Below, in pieces: positions 38,003-50,823 of a DNA stretch of 64,000 bases; the first letter of the stretch is position 1; each line of letters starts with the position of its first letter. Location: NCBI RefSeq assembly GCF_963921235.1, contig NC_086108.1:79176001-79240000 (forward strand). The letters are read 5' to 3'. Source of the DNA: Mobula hypostoma (Eukaryota). A program made the translations under genes and the position numbers. The notes under the pieces were generated by a model. That model worked only from the letters and a program-made list of their open reading frames with translations. It did no database searches and had not been told where the DNA came from.

Positions 38003-38509
38003 TTAGCATCTGATTAGCATTAATTTATAATCAGTGGAGTTGTTTGCAGCCTTGCACTTCTTTTGTAGGCTTGAGGGGCCAAGTGGCCTGCTGTCGTTCT
38101 TATCTCCTTATGTTCTTTTGTGCTGCTGGACTTCACTCAAAGGCAATAAGTAACTATTTAAGGACGTGTAAAACTTAAACTGCATTTCTCTCTTTTTTTT
38201 AAAGGATTAGCATTTGCCTGCCAAAATTCCAGTTCCCTTCAGACAGACTGCAGAGAACATTGCAACATAGAAAAATAAGCTCAGGAGTAGGTCACTTGGT
38301 CCATCAAACTTGTTCCACCTTTCAATGTAATCATGGCTAATCCTCTGAAATACCTTATCCTCATGCTATCCTTTGTAACTTTTGTGTCAAGAAATATATA
38401 TCCTTCTTTAACATATTCTCTTGACTTCCACAGCATTCTGTGGTAGAGAATTCCATATTTTATGATTCAATGCTCTCTCTGGGAAGAACCTTCTCCTCAT
38501 CTTCCACTT

Positions 38510-40406
38510 ACCAGCAGCCAGTCTGGGCATCGGAAGTTTTGAGAGGAGGGGACTTCAATCAGGTCTACTGCCCAAGGATAAAAGATAGCAATGGGCTGCA
38601 CCAGCAAAAAAAGAAATTTGCCCAGCGGCCAATCCGCGTTTGGGATTGATTAGTAAATCAATTGATTAGAGCAAATGAAAGGAAGACAGGAGCAAATGCA
38701 GCAGTTATCGTTGCAGTAGCTGTCGTCTGAGGGGACAGAGTCAGAGTGGTGATCTTGAGGGTTTAGCTCTTCAAGGCTTCAGTGAATAGAGTCAAAGAAT
38801 GCAAAGGAAAGAAAAATTATAGTTTTTTTTCCTTCTTTTCTTTATATCTCCTCAGCTGGGGACAGTGGAGACACCAGACAAGGTAGTGAAAAGCTCCTCT
38901 TGCAGGATGTGGGAAGGCAGGGAGACCTCCAGTGTCCCTGACGACCACAAATGTGAGAAGTGCATCCAGATGTAGCTTCTAACAATCCATGTTAAGGAAT
39001 TAGAGCTGGAACTGGATGAACTCCGGATCATTTGGGTACTGAAGGGGTGAGAGGTAGGGCACATAGAGAGGTAGTTACACCCAAGGTGCAGGAGACAGGA
39101 AAGTGGGTGACAGTCAGGAAGATGAAAGGGGTTAAGGAACCCAGTACCGAGTACCCCTGTGGTGATCCCCCTCAACAACAGGTTTCAATATTGTAGGGGG
39201 GAATGTCCTAACAGAGGAAAGTCACAGTGGTCAGGTCTCTGTGACTCAGAAGGGAATGGGAAGCTGTGGTGATAGAGGATTTGTTAGATGGGGGAACGGA
39301 CAGGAGATTCTGTGGGCAAGAATGAGATTCCTGGATGGTATGTTGCCTCCTGGGTGTCAGGGTCCAGGATATCTCAGATCGAGTTCTCAGCATTCTTAAG
39401 TGGGAGGGTAAACAGCCAGGATTGTGCTCCATGTAGGTACCAATGACATGGGTAGGATGAATTTAGAGGTTCTACATAGGAGTTCAGGAAGTTAGGTGCT
39501 AAATGAAAGGCCAGGAACTCCAGGGCTGTCCTCTCAGGATAGCTACCCATGCCACATGCTACTGAGGCCAGAACTTTGAAGATTATACAGCTTAATACGT
39601 GGCTAAGGAGTTGGTGTGGAAGGGAGGGCATAAGATTTTTGGATCATTGGACACTCTTCCAGGGAAGGTGGGACCTGTACAGAAAGGATGGTTTGCACCT
39701 GAACCGGAGGGGGACTAATAAGCTAGCGGGAAGGTTTGTTAATGCTGCTCAGTGGCATTCAGAGCTGCAGGGGGAAGGGGACCAGGGTGCCAGAGCATTT
39801 AGTGGAGAGGTTATGGAGGCAGATGTTGGTAAGACCTGAGACAAAATTAGGAATCAAGAGATCGAGTATGCTGTGACTAATATCCTGAGCTGCCTATATC
39901 TGAGTGCAGAAAGTATCATAGGAAAGGCAGATAATAGTGCTGAAGATGAGGTAGCTGGTTTACAAACAGGGGCAATGTGTAGTGAGGAGAGGCTGTTGAT
40001 AGGGCAAAATTGCAGTCAGCAGAGTGAGTTGCAACGTAAAAGGCAGTCAAAATCAAAATGGGTGAATACAGTACTGAAGGTAAACAACAGGAATTCTGCA
40101 GATGCTGGAAATTCAAGCAACATACATCAAAGTTGCTGGTGAACGCAGCAGGCCAAGCAGCATCTATAGGAAGAGGCGCAGTCGACGTTTCAGGCCGAGA
40201 CCCTTTGTCCTATAGATGCTGCTTGGCCTGCTGCGTTCACCAGCAACTTTGATGTATGTTGACAGTACTGAAGGTGTTGTATTTGAATATGTGCAGTATG
40301 TGGAATAAGGTAGATGAACTTGTAGCACAGTTGCATGTTGGCAGGTATGATGTTGAGAGCATCATTGAATCACAGCTGAAAGATTATAGCTGAGAGCTTA
40401 ATGTCC
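38510..40406 (+). mobile_element. CR1 5' region (UTR, ORF1 Cys-rich motif plus SGNH esterase, start of APE)
   Basis: SSCRMWE...CEKCIQ, HVGTND, FLDHW...KDGLHLN, LKVLYLN; split by a PLE at 40082. Confidence 0.88.
40082..40261. mobile_element. Short fold-back PLE insertion (36-nt tail, 54-bp perfect inverted arms)
   Basis: Arms 40118-40171 / 40208-40261; 14-bp TSD ACAGTACTGAAGGT 40068-40081 / 40262-40275; truncated hammerhead 40179-40209 (minus). Confidence 0.95.
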
Positions 40407-41659
40407 ATAAGACCAGAAGACCATAAGACATAGGAGCAGATTTAGGCCATTCAGCCCATCGAGTCTGCATCGACATTTCATCATGGCTGATCCTGGATCC
40501 CACTCAACCCCATACACATATCTTCTCACCATATCCTTTGATGTCCTGGCAGATCAAAAAACTTCAACTTCCGCCTTAGATGTACCCTGGACTTGGCCTC
40601 CACTGCAATCTGTGGCAGAGCATTCCACAGATTCACTACTCTCTGGCTAAAAAAAATTCCTCCTTACCTCTGTTCTGAAAGGTCGCCCCTCAATTTTGAG
40701 GCTGTGCCCTCTAGTTCTGGATAACTCCACCATAGGAAACATCCTCTCCACATCCATCCTATCTAGTCCTTTCAACATTCAGGAGATTTCAATGACATCC
40801 TCACACATTCTTCTAAATTCCAGCGAGTACAGGCCCAAAGCTGCCAAACATTCTTGATATATGAACCTTTTTATTCCCAGAATCATCCTCGTGAATCTCT
40901 ACCGGGAGCTGTCCAATGACAACACATCCTTTCTGAGATCTGGGACACAAAACTGTTTACAATTCAGCAAGTGCAGCCTGACTAGTGTCTTATAAGGGGT
41001 CAGCATTATCTCCTTGCTGTTGTATTCTATTCCACTTGAAATAAGTGCTAACATTGCATTTGTCTTCTTTACCACTGAATCAACCTATAAATTAAACTTC
41101 TGGGAGTCTTGCATGAGGATTCCTAAGCACCTTTGCACCTCTGATGTCTCTGTAATATCCTTTATTCCATTATCATACTGATACATATGACTTCTGCTTC
41201 TTCCTCTCAAATTGCAGTATGAATTCAGTCATATTATGATCACTAACTCTTAAGGTTTCCTTTACATTAAGCTCCTTAATAAGATCAGGGTTATTGCACA
41301 ACACCCAATCTAAGATAGCCTTTCCCCGAGTAGGCTCATGCACAAGCTGCTCTAAAAAGCCACCTCAGAGGCATTCAAAAAATTCCTTCACTGCGATCTG
41401 ACACCAACCTCATTTTCCCAATCCCCTCGCTTATTGAAGTCCCCCATTAAAATTGTGTCATTACCCTTATTACATGCCTTTTCCAGCTCCCTTTGCAATC
41501 TCAACCCCACATCTTGGCTACTACTTGGAGGCCTATATATGATTCCCATAGTGTTTTTTTTTAACCTTCTGCAGTTTCTGAACTCCACTCACAAAGTTTA
41601 AGCATTCTCTGACCCTATGTCACCTCTTTCGAAAGACGTAGTTCTATCTCTTACCAAAA
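40405..41659 (-). mobile_element. CR1 block on the minus strand: APE segment (41659-41148) fused to ORF2 C-terminus and 3' tail (41147-40405)
   Basis: IYRPPSSSQ, MGDFN; then EVQR... through to the CTTATGGTCTT tail. Confidence 0.85.
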
Positions 41660-42152
41660 GTGAGGTGCAAAGGGACTTGTAAGTCCTTGTGCAGGCTTTC
41701 CTAAAAGATAATTTGCAGGTTGAATCTGTGGTGAGGAAGGCAAATGCAATGTTAGCATTTGTTTCAAGAAGACTAGATAATAAAAGCAAGTATGTAATGT
41801 TGAAACTTTATAAAGCACTGGTGAGACCTCACTTGGAGTATTGTGAGCAGTTTTGGACCCCTTGTCTTAGAAAGGATGTGCTGAGACTGGAGAGGGTTCA
41901 AAGGAGTTTACGAAAATTATTCCAGGCTTGAATGACTTATCACATGAAGAGCATTTGAAGGCTCTGGGCCTGTATTCACTAGAATTCAGAAGAATGAGGA
42001 GTGACCTCATTGAGACCTATTGAATGGTGAAAGACCTTGACAGAGTGGATGTGGAGAAGATGTTTCCTATGGTGGGAAAGTCTGAAACCAGAGGACACAG
42101 CCTCAGAATAGAGGGGTGCCCTTTGAGAAAGGAGATGAGGAGGAATTTCTTT
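41660..42152 (+). mobile_element. CR1 ORF2 C-terminal fragment
   Basis: LYKALVRPHLEYCEQFW, TRGHSL. Confidence 0.9.
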
Positions 42153-43400
42153 AGACCATAAGGCCATAAGCTATTGGAGGAGAATTAGGCCATTTGGCTC
42201 ATTGAGTCTGCTCCGCCATTCAGTCATGTCTGATCTTTTCCCCTCCTCAGCCCCACTCCCCAACCTTCTCCCTTTAATCTTTGATGTTGTGTCCAATCAA
42301 GAATTGATCAAGCTCTTCCTTAAATATACCCAATGACCTGGCCTCCAGAGCTGCCTATGGTAACAAATTACAGAAATTCGATGTAATTTGACCTTTTCCG
42401 AATCCTTCTTATTAACTTGAATAGAGGAGCGGAGTTGACGACATTATTGAATGTATTCAATCTAATATATTGGTCTAGCCTTGTTTTGTTCTGTTTGTCT
42501 TCTTTTTGGGTTTTTTTTTGGTTTTTCTTTGCATTATTTTCTTTCCTTTTATTACTTTTTATTTTTTTTCTCTATGATTAACTATATTAAGAGTTTGAAA
42601 GTCTATTACACTTGTATTATTTGAAGTATTTTTGTACATGTTTATCAACAATAAGATTATTCCAATCTCTCTGTATCAATATTGTTATTCTGTTTATAAT
42701 TTTGGAAAATTAATAAAAAGATTTAAAAAGAAAGAAATTACAGAAATTCACCACCTCTGACTGAAGAAATTTCTCCGCATCTCTATTTTAAATGGATGGC
42801 CCTCTATCCTGAGGCTATGCCCTCTTGTCCTAGACTCCCCTACCATGGGAAACATCGTTTCCATATTTAATCTGTCTAGGCCTTTCATTCAAAATATTTC
42901 AATGAGATTCCCCCTCATCCTTCTAAATCCCAGCAAGTACAGGCCTAGAGACATCAAATGTTTCTCATTGATTCTTTCCCGGAATCATCCTTGTGAACCT
43001 CCTCTGAACCCTCTCCAATGCCAGCACATTGTTTCTTAGATAATGAGCCCAAAACCATGCCAGAGTCCAATGATTCTTGAAAGATCATTGTAATGCCTCC
43101 ACAATCTCTACTGCTACCTCTTTCAAAACTTTAGGGGGCAGTTCATCTTGTCCGGGTGATTTTTAGTTCTTTCGGTTTTTAGCACCTTCTCCCCTGGAGC
43201 TGCACTTGGATGCACCACACGATGTAGTTCCCTGGAAGACTTTGGGTCTCCCAGGACTCCAACGTCCGGCATGAAGAACACACAATGGCAATTTACTACA
43301 CTAGGTGCAGTAAGAGAGAGAGAAGAGCACCATTACAGAAACTTACCCAGAGGCAATGCCTCTTTTGAGCCAAAGCCTGACACTCCTACTCTCACCACTG
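42153..43400 (-). mobile_element. Mosaic of minus-strand CR1 pieces (3' end 42153-43055, RT N-terminal scrap, ORF1 start)
   Basis: Tail accataaggccataag; ORF1 Cys motif VCSSCRTL on the minus strand near 43280. Confidence 0.75.
42380..42734 (+). mobile_element. L1-type 3' UTR insertion
   Basis: T-rich UTR, AATAAA plus A-rich tail; 15-bp TSD AAATTACAGAAATTC 42365-42379 / 42735-42749. Confidence 0.85.
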
Positions 43401-43409
43401 CCTACTCTT

Positions 43410-44530
43410 ATGGTCTTACGGTCTTATCCTGAGGGTGTGACCCCTTGTTCCTGGTTTCCAGGCACAGAGTGCACCCTTCCCAAATCTAGCCTTCAAAATC
43501 CTTTCAGTATGCTATGTTTTGATGAGATCTCACTCTTCTACACACTGGAGAATACAGGCCTGATTGACACAAGCTCTGTTCATTTGAGGAGTTAGTATCA
43601 TCACAGGAGTCTATCTTATGAATCTTCATTGCATTCCCTCCTTGGTTAAAGATAAGGAGAACAAAGCGCTACTCAGTACTCTGGATGTGGCCTCCCCAAG
43701 GCCCTGTATAATCGTTGTAAAATATCCTTCCTCCTGTACTCCTGCAAGAAGGCCAACATACTCTTTTGCATCTTAACTGTGTGCTGCTTCCAGATATTTA
43801 TTTTCTGTGGCTGCATTTTGTTTCATTTTAGGTTTCCAATATCTATGTTTTTAAAAATATTTCAATTACTATTTAAATAAACCTGTACCTTATTGTTTTC
43901 CGACCACAGTGGCTAATTTCACATTTATGAATATTATTCTGCAACTGCCATGATGTGCTTGCCTACTTAATTTGACTTGTCGACATTGCCTTGCACCTTT
44001 TTCATATTTTACACTCCCACCCAGTTTAATGTCAACAGCAGATTTGGAAATGTTATGATCCGTCCTGTCATCCAAATGATTGATCACCGTGGCCCAGGCA
44101 CTGCTCCCTTTGATTGTACCTCCTGTTCTCTGTTTCCAATCTGCTAACTTATTTTCAATCTGCACTAGAACATCACCCCCAAACCACATGCTTTAATTTG
44201 CCCACTATCTTCTTAGATAGCACTTTGTCAAAGGTTTACTGAAAATCCAAATCCAACATGTAGTTGTTCCTTTTCACGTCGAGTGGCATTTTTGCTGTTT
44301 TTGTAACACTTGCCTGCTAGCTTGACACTCAACCCACCGCAGATGGAAAGCAAGCAAGGAGCCAGCGGGATTCGAACTCGGGAGCTTTCACCTCAAAGGC
44401 CGGTGCTGATGCCACTATACCATCGGCTGGCTAAACTACATTCCATGGTTCTCCTTTATCCATTCTGCCAATTACATCCTAAAAAACTCTTTTAGGTTTG
44501 TCAAATATTATTTCTTTTTCAAAAAATCTA
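43410..44530 (-). mobile_element. Old CR1 RT/C-terminal fragment
   Basis: ISKSAVDIKLGG (decayed KFADD); LDFQ*TFDKV on the minus strand. Confidence 0.75.
44262..44432 (-). mobile_element. tRNA-derived SINE (same family as 26668-26876)
   Basis: A-box TGGTATAGTGG, B-box GTTCGAATC, end GAAAAGGAACAAC. Confidence 0.8.
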
Positions 44531-44886
44531 GGTTTACTTGCATTACTAACTGCTGTGTGACCACTGAGAGGTGAGTCCTTCCAAGTTGTCTGAAAAACAT
44601 TCAAACTTTACCAGGAATTTCTTTGAAGTTTTCCTCTGAGACTGTTCTCTCATCCCAAATAATCAACTCTGAAGAATAAGCCCTTTTCGTGTTGCTCAGT
44701 GTTAAATGTTTACTTTGCCACATTGTGGACCAATTCTAAACTAAATCAATCTCATGTGTCCTCTGTGAGAAAAAGTGGTCATTATCATAAGTAAGGACAC
44801 TGACTTTCTGGGACATACACTCTTCTCGTTACCACCATCACAGAGGAGGTGCAGGAGCTTGAAGAATCAACACACAATGATTCAGT

Positions 44887-46081
44887 AACACACACAAAAT
44901 GCTGGAGGAACTCAGCAGGCCAGGCAGCATCTATGGAAAAAAGTACAGTTGACGTTTCGGGCCGAAGGTCTGGAGGTAAAAAACTGAGGAGTAGATTAAA
45001 AAGGTGAGGGGATGGGAAAGTGAAACACCAGGTGATAGGTGAAACCTGGAGGGGGAGGGACGACGTAAAGAGCTAAGAAGTTGGTTGGTGAAAGAGACAG
45101 AAGGCCATGGAAGAAAGAAAAGTGTGGGGGGGGGAGCGCCAGAAGGAGGTGATGGGAGGGCAAGGAGATAGGTGAGAGAGGGAAAACGTGATGGAAGATG
45201 TTGAAGGAGCGAGGGGGGTGGGGGCATAACTGGAAGTTTGAGAAATCGATGTTCATGCCATCAGGTTGGAGGCGACCCAAACAGAATATAAGGTGTTGTT
45301 CCTCCAACCTAAGTGTGGCCTCATCATGGCAGTGGAGGAGGCCATGGATGGACGTATTGGAATGGGAATGGGAAGTGGAATTAAAATGGGTGGCCACTGG
45401 GAGATCCCACTGTTTCTGGCAGACGGAGCATAGATACTTGGCAAAACGGTCTCCCAATCTAAGTCGGGGCTCACCAATATACAGGAGGCCACACTGGGAG
45501 CACCGAAAATAGTAAGTAACCCCAATAGACTCACCTCCCTTGGAAAGACAGTTTCGGGCCCTGAATGATAGTGAGGGAGGAGGTGTAGAGTCAGGCATAT
45601 CACCTGATCCGCTTGCAAGGGTAAGTGCTAGGAGGAAGAAGAGTGGGGAGGGATGTATGGACAAGGGAGTCATGTAGGGAGCAATCCCTGTGGAGAACAA
45701 AAAGTTGGGGAAGGGGAGGGAAAGATTTGCTTGGTGGTGGGATCCCATTGGAGGTGGAGGAAGTTTTGGAGAATTATGTGCTGGATGTGGAGGCTGGTGG
45801 AGTGGTAGGTGAAGACAAGAGGAACCCCATCACTGGTCGGGTGGCGGGAGAATGGGGTTAGGGCAGACATGCGTGAAATGGAAAAGAAGTGGTTGAGGGC
45901 AGCGTTGATGGTGGAGGAAGGGAAGCCCCTTTCTTTGAAAAAGGAGGATATCTCCTTTGTTCTAGAATGAAATGCCTCATCCTGAGAGCAGATGCAGCGG
46001 AGTCGGAGGAATTGAGAACAGGGGATGGCGTTTTTACAAGTAGTGGGGTGGGCATGTGCAGATTTTCTCTTGCTTGTGACT
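44887..46081 (-). mobile_element. Penelope-like retroelement, truncated (RT thumb/linker plus GIY-YIG endonuclease plus terminal repeat), inserted in a Rex/Babar scrap
   Basis: 12-bp TSD CAATGATTCAGT 44875-44886 / 46082-46093; inverted tail piece 46052-46081; hammerhead region partly deleted at 44947-44970. Confidence 0.93.
45225..45530 (-). pseudogene. GIY-YIG endonuclease domain of a PLE
   Basis: VTYYFRCSQCGLLYIGEPRLRLGDRF...PVATHFN...RLEEQHLIFCLGRLQPDGMNIDF. Confidence 0.9.
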
Positions 46082-49000
46082 CAATGATTCAGTGACAACT
46101 TCTTCCCCTCCACTATCATATTTCTATATAATCCACAACATTTTACCCAAATTCCACCATCATGTCAGCAGCGAATAAACAGACCGAACCATGTTTATAT
46201 AAGCAGACACGGTACTTACAAAGCCACCCCAGGCCCTCATCTTGGTCTGTCTAACCACATCTCCATAATGTTAATCCCAGCATACCAACTGCTGCTGAAA
46301 ATTGAGAAACCAGTCAAGAGGACCATCACCATATGGCCTAATGAGGCAATCTCTCTGCTTCTAGGCTGTTTTAAAATGACTAATGTTTGAGGAGGCGGGC
46401 ACAAACGGAGAAGGCACAGACCTTGAGGAATATACCTCATCTGTCACTGGCTACATCAGTAAGTGTGTAGACGATGTTGGTACCTCACAAATGGTCATCC
46501 CAGACCCAAACAGTCAGGGATGCCGCTTTTAAGCCTGGAGGCATCAAGAGGTCAAAGGCTGCCTATGCACAAAAAAATTCAGGAACACCTGTCGATAACA
46601 ATCCCCGGGAACGTGGCTGAGCAACAAGGGCATAACTAACTGTGCAAGGAACAACAGTATGAACTGCACCAGTGAAGCCTCCCTCCCCAATGCTCCAAAC
46701 TTTCATGCACGCTTTGAGGCTTGCAACACAATGACGGCCATGAAAGCTAACAGTCCGTCCCCACCCCTCTGGGTGAGCAGCAACCGCTTACAACTGTGTT
46801 GGTCTTCCCAAATAAAACTGCTTGAAGTGTTTTATGTTTCAGAAAAACTGTAACACATCTTGTTGAACTCCAAAACCTGAGCTCAAAGTATGCCAAAACC
46901 CTTTACGTGGTTGCGAATTATGTGCATTTCCACCAATTACATTACTCGCTGCCAGAATTCAGTGAAACCAGCATTGTGAACCTACCTGGAGCTCGGCCGA
47001 GCCACCCATCTCGGGTCCTATGCTCCATGGGTGGAGGAACAGCAGGTACCTCTGGCTTGTCCAGAGGTGTGTTGCCACACTAATGGTCATGTTGTGACAG
47101 GGGTATCATAGCAGGTCACTGGCTTAAGGTGATCTACTGAAATGCATTCAGCTTTGCCCCTCTTATCCATGATAGAAGTAATTTCTCCCTGTTCCAAAAC
47201 GCAGAACGGGCCATCATAAGGGAGCCTAAAGGGATGTTGGTGTGCATCGTGGTGGAAGAAAACAAGTGAGGCAGAAGGTAAGTCAACAGGGACCTTAGAG
47301 TGCTGTCCACCATAAAGGGAGGTAGGAGCGGGTGAAAAGGAATTAAGTTTACCGAGGAGAGTAGAACACTGTGAGAGGCTGACCAGGTGGTTGTGGTGTC
47401 GGGAATGAAATCACCAGGCACTTGAAACAGCTGCCTGTATGCCAACTCAGCCATGGACAACAGCAGGTCCTCTTTTGGAGCTGTCCTGAGCCCCAGCAGG
47501 ACCCACGGGAGACGAGCAACCCAGGTGCTGATGGTTGCCTGAGCCGTGTCTGTGGCCGTCGTTGATGCTAGGGGGACAACCTCTGGACGCCTGGTGGTAC
47601 AGTCCACCATGATAAGGAGGTGCGTGAAACTGCGGGAGGGAGGAAGAGGACCAGCAAGGTCCACTTTGACAGTCAAACCGTCGCTCAGGAACTTCAAAAG
47701 CTGCCAGTGGTGCCGGTTAATTTTTGCCTGCTGGCACTGTAAAAAGGCTGCACTCCAATCACACATGTCCTTTTGAAGGCCCTGCCACACAAATTTTAAT
47801 GCAGCCATTTTCTGTGAGGCCTTCTGACTCGGATACGAGAGGCCATGTATGGAGTCAAAAACATTCCGCCTTCAGTTTGCAGTCATGATGGGGCAAGGGC
47901 AAACGGTTGAGACATCCGACAGGAGGGAAACCCCAGCTTTCCTGAACTTAATATCAGCCAACCGCAGGCCCTTGACTGCTGTTCGGTAAGCCTGGATCTC
48001 CATGTCAATAGCTTAGTCGGCTGCCATGCCGGCATAGTCAGCCCTTGTGTGTGTATGGCCTCAATGGCTGGGCGTGAGAGGCAATCAGCCACAGCATTAT
48101 TTTTCCCCTTGATATGTTGTATATGGGTCTGATATTTTGGCCATCGTGTGTATGAGGGGTTTGTGATCAGCGAGCACTATGAAATAGTGACCCTCTGGGA
48201 GAAATCGAAAATGGTGGACAAACAGATAGAGACTGAGAAGCTCACGGTCAAACATGCTGTATTTTCTTCCAGGCGGGCGGAGCTGGCGGCTGACGAAGGC
48301 GAGTGGCTGTCACACACCTCTAACCGACTTGTTCATGCACAGCACCCACAAGCATAGTCCGAAGTCAGTAGTACTGGGCAGCAGGTGTTCCAGTAGGGTC
48401 ACATTAGAAAGAGCTTGTTTGGTATCATCAGATGCCATGGTCGTGACCACTGACCGTCAAGCACTTGTTTAGGGTGTTGCCTTTAAGCATATTAAACAGG
48501 GGGAGCATAAGTTCAGCAGCTCGCTGAATGAAGAGGTGATAGAAGTTAACCATACCTAAAAACTCCTGAAATTTTTAGTAGTGTGGGGCAGTGGGAATTC
48601 CATAATAGTGGCTAATTTTGATGGGAGGGCTTTCCCACCCTCCGTGGAGATGTGATGGCCGAGAAAGTCAATGGTTGACAACCCAAACTGGCATTTAGCA
48701 GGGTTAATAATCAAGCCATGTTGGCTTAAGCACTCAAGAAGAGTGCGGAGATGAGATACGTGTTCAGACTTGGGATGCACTGGTGACAAGTATGTCATCC
48801 AGGTAGACAAAAAGAAAAATCTACGTTTTTTAATACAGAGTTCATCAGCCATTGCAAAGTCTGTGCTGCATTTTTCAGTCCAAACAGCTTGCGCAGAAAC
48901 TCAGAGAGCACAAGCAGGGTTATCACAGCCATTTTGTGAATTTCCTCCGAGCACACGGGCACCTGATGGTTGCTCCTAACTAACTGATGTGGGACCGGGA

Positions 49001-50102
49001 AACGATCGGGGGGCAGTGGTGCCAGTAATTACCACATGGCCGGCAACCATTTCGGACTTTGGAACCATTTGGAGGGCAAAGCCCAGGGGCTGACAGTCCT
49101 TGGGCCACACAGGAAATCTGCACTGAACAGAGGTCTAGCCACTGTAACCAGGACGAAGTCCCATGTGTAACGTTGCCCACTGAAGCAGAGCGTCACCTGT
49201 CGTCTCCCAGAAGCTGGGATCCTGCTGCCATTGGCAGCCTCCCAGTAAGGTTTCTTAGCTCTTTGCCTTGTCATCAATAGGCAATGCTAGCAGCAGGCTC
49301 ACTTGAGCACCTGTCTCACAGAGGAAATACCGCACTGAAAAGGTGATGTAATGAACAGTAGATGACCCTGGCAGCTGGAGCTCACAGTGTTCACAGACCT
49401 CTGATATCCCAATGTGCTGGCACTGTCAAAGCCGCAAGGTATTCGGCACTTCCTAGCGTTGTTACCAAAGCAAGCTCAGTGAAAACACAGACCCCGTGTA
49501 GTCTGTTTTGCAGCATTAGATAGTAGTCTGTTTCATGTGCTTACGTTGGAGGCCTTGCTGACTGGGCTTATTGGAGCAGGGAAATGAGGAGGAATTATTA
49601 ATCTCTGCCTAGACAAGTGTAGACTATCAGCACACATTCCCTGTAGTTCTTCACAGGTGCATTAGCGAGGGCCATCCCATCTTGAGCGGGTGTTTGCTGC
49701 ATGAAGTGTTCTTTAAAAATAAAACAAGGATGGTGATTTCACAGATCAGACAGCATGTGGTCCATTTGCTCTGACAGCTTAACATCGACGAGGCCGAGCA
49801 TGGAGAACAACGGTTTGGCGCACTCAGACTCCGATAATCCGATAGTCTGTAAAAGGTCAGTCTTGAGCGATGGGTATTTATCGTGTTGAGGTGAGTGTTC
49901 TACCAGCATCACCACTCTCACAGCTGTGCAATTACTGAGCGACGCTACCACATTAAAAAATCTGGTGTCATCAGTGGTAATTTCTCACAGCAAAAATTGG
50001 GCGTTGGCTTGTACAAACCGAGCAACGGCACTTTGCTCCCAAAACTCTGGCAGTTTCAAAGCATTGGTGGACATGTTCAATAACTCTGGAATCGCCCTGG
50101 AG

Positions 50103-50116
50103 CATTGGGGTCACCA
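50103..50116 (-). promoter_or_regulatory. Primer-binding site, tRNA-Trp type
   Basis: TGGTGACCCCAATG 1 nt inside the 5' LTR; matches TGGTGACCCCGACG with two CpG-type changes. Confidence 0.75.
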
Positions 50117-50178
50117 GTGTAAGTTTTTGCAAGTGAAGCTGTGTGAGGTGTTTGTTTCAGAAAAACCATAACACATTT

Positions 50179-50823
50179 AGGGAGGAGAAGATGGCGGCGC
50201 GACACAGCGTGCGCGGCCGTTCCGAATGAATATCGCTATGTGTAACTAGGAGTGCCGTGCACAATCCGGATTTGATGGAGACAGTCGTGAGAAAGCGCAG
50301 AGGAACATCTGGAGAAACTTCTGAAATGCCTGCTCCGCTGCCGCTGCTACTGTGCGATTGAGAATCTCCAGAGCTGAAGGCCCTAAATTCTCAGCTTTGC
50401 GTATCGCCTGTTGCCAGGGCCGGGGTCCAAACGCTCGGCAGAGTCGGTGCTCGGTGTCGAATAGGTGGTTGGAGGCTCGGGGTTCTTCGGATGGACTCGA
50501 GTCAGACTGTGGTCGGATGCTTCTGGGATGCTGCATCGGCAGGTTGGCGGCGCTGGAGGGTTACCGTCTGCGTGAGATGATGGGACTTTCGAGAGACTTT
50601 GAGATTTTTACTGTGCCATGGTCTGTTCTTATCAAATTATGGTATTGCTTCGCACTGTTGTAACTATATGTTATAATTATGTGGTTTTTGTTAGTTTTTA
50701 AGTCGGTTTGTCATGTGTTTTCGTGATATCATTCTGGAAAAACATTTTTATCATTTCTTAATGCATGCATTACTAAATGACAATAAAAGGGGACTGCGTG
50801 TCCTCATAATCACATATACATAT
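50179..50823 (+). mobile_element. Young non-coding retroposon inserted in the Gypsy 5' LTR
   Basis: Starts AGGGAGGAGAAGATGGCGGCG; CpG-rich body; AATAAA and (ACATAT)n end; 6-bp TSD ACATTT 50173-50178 / 50824-50829. Confidence 0.8.

Noticed and set aside
44996..45748. Intact 250-aa nuclease gene
   Set aside because: Frameshifted fragment of a truncated PLE ORF that runs into the terminal repeat
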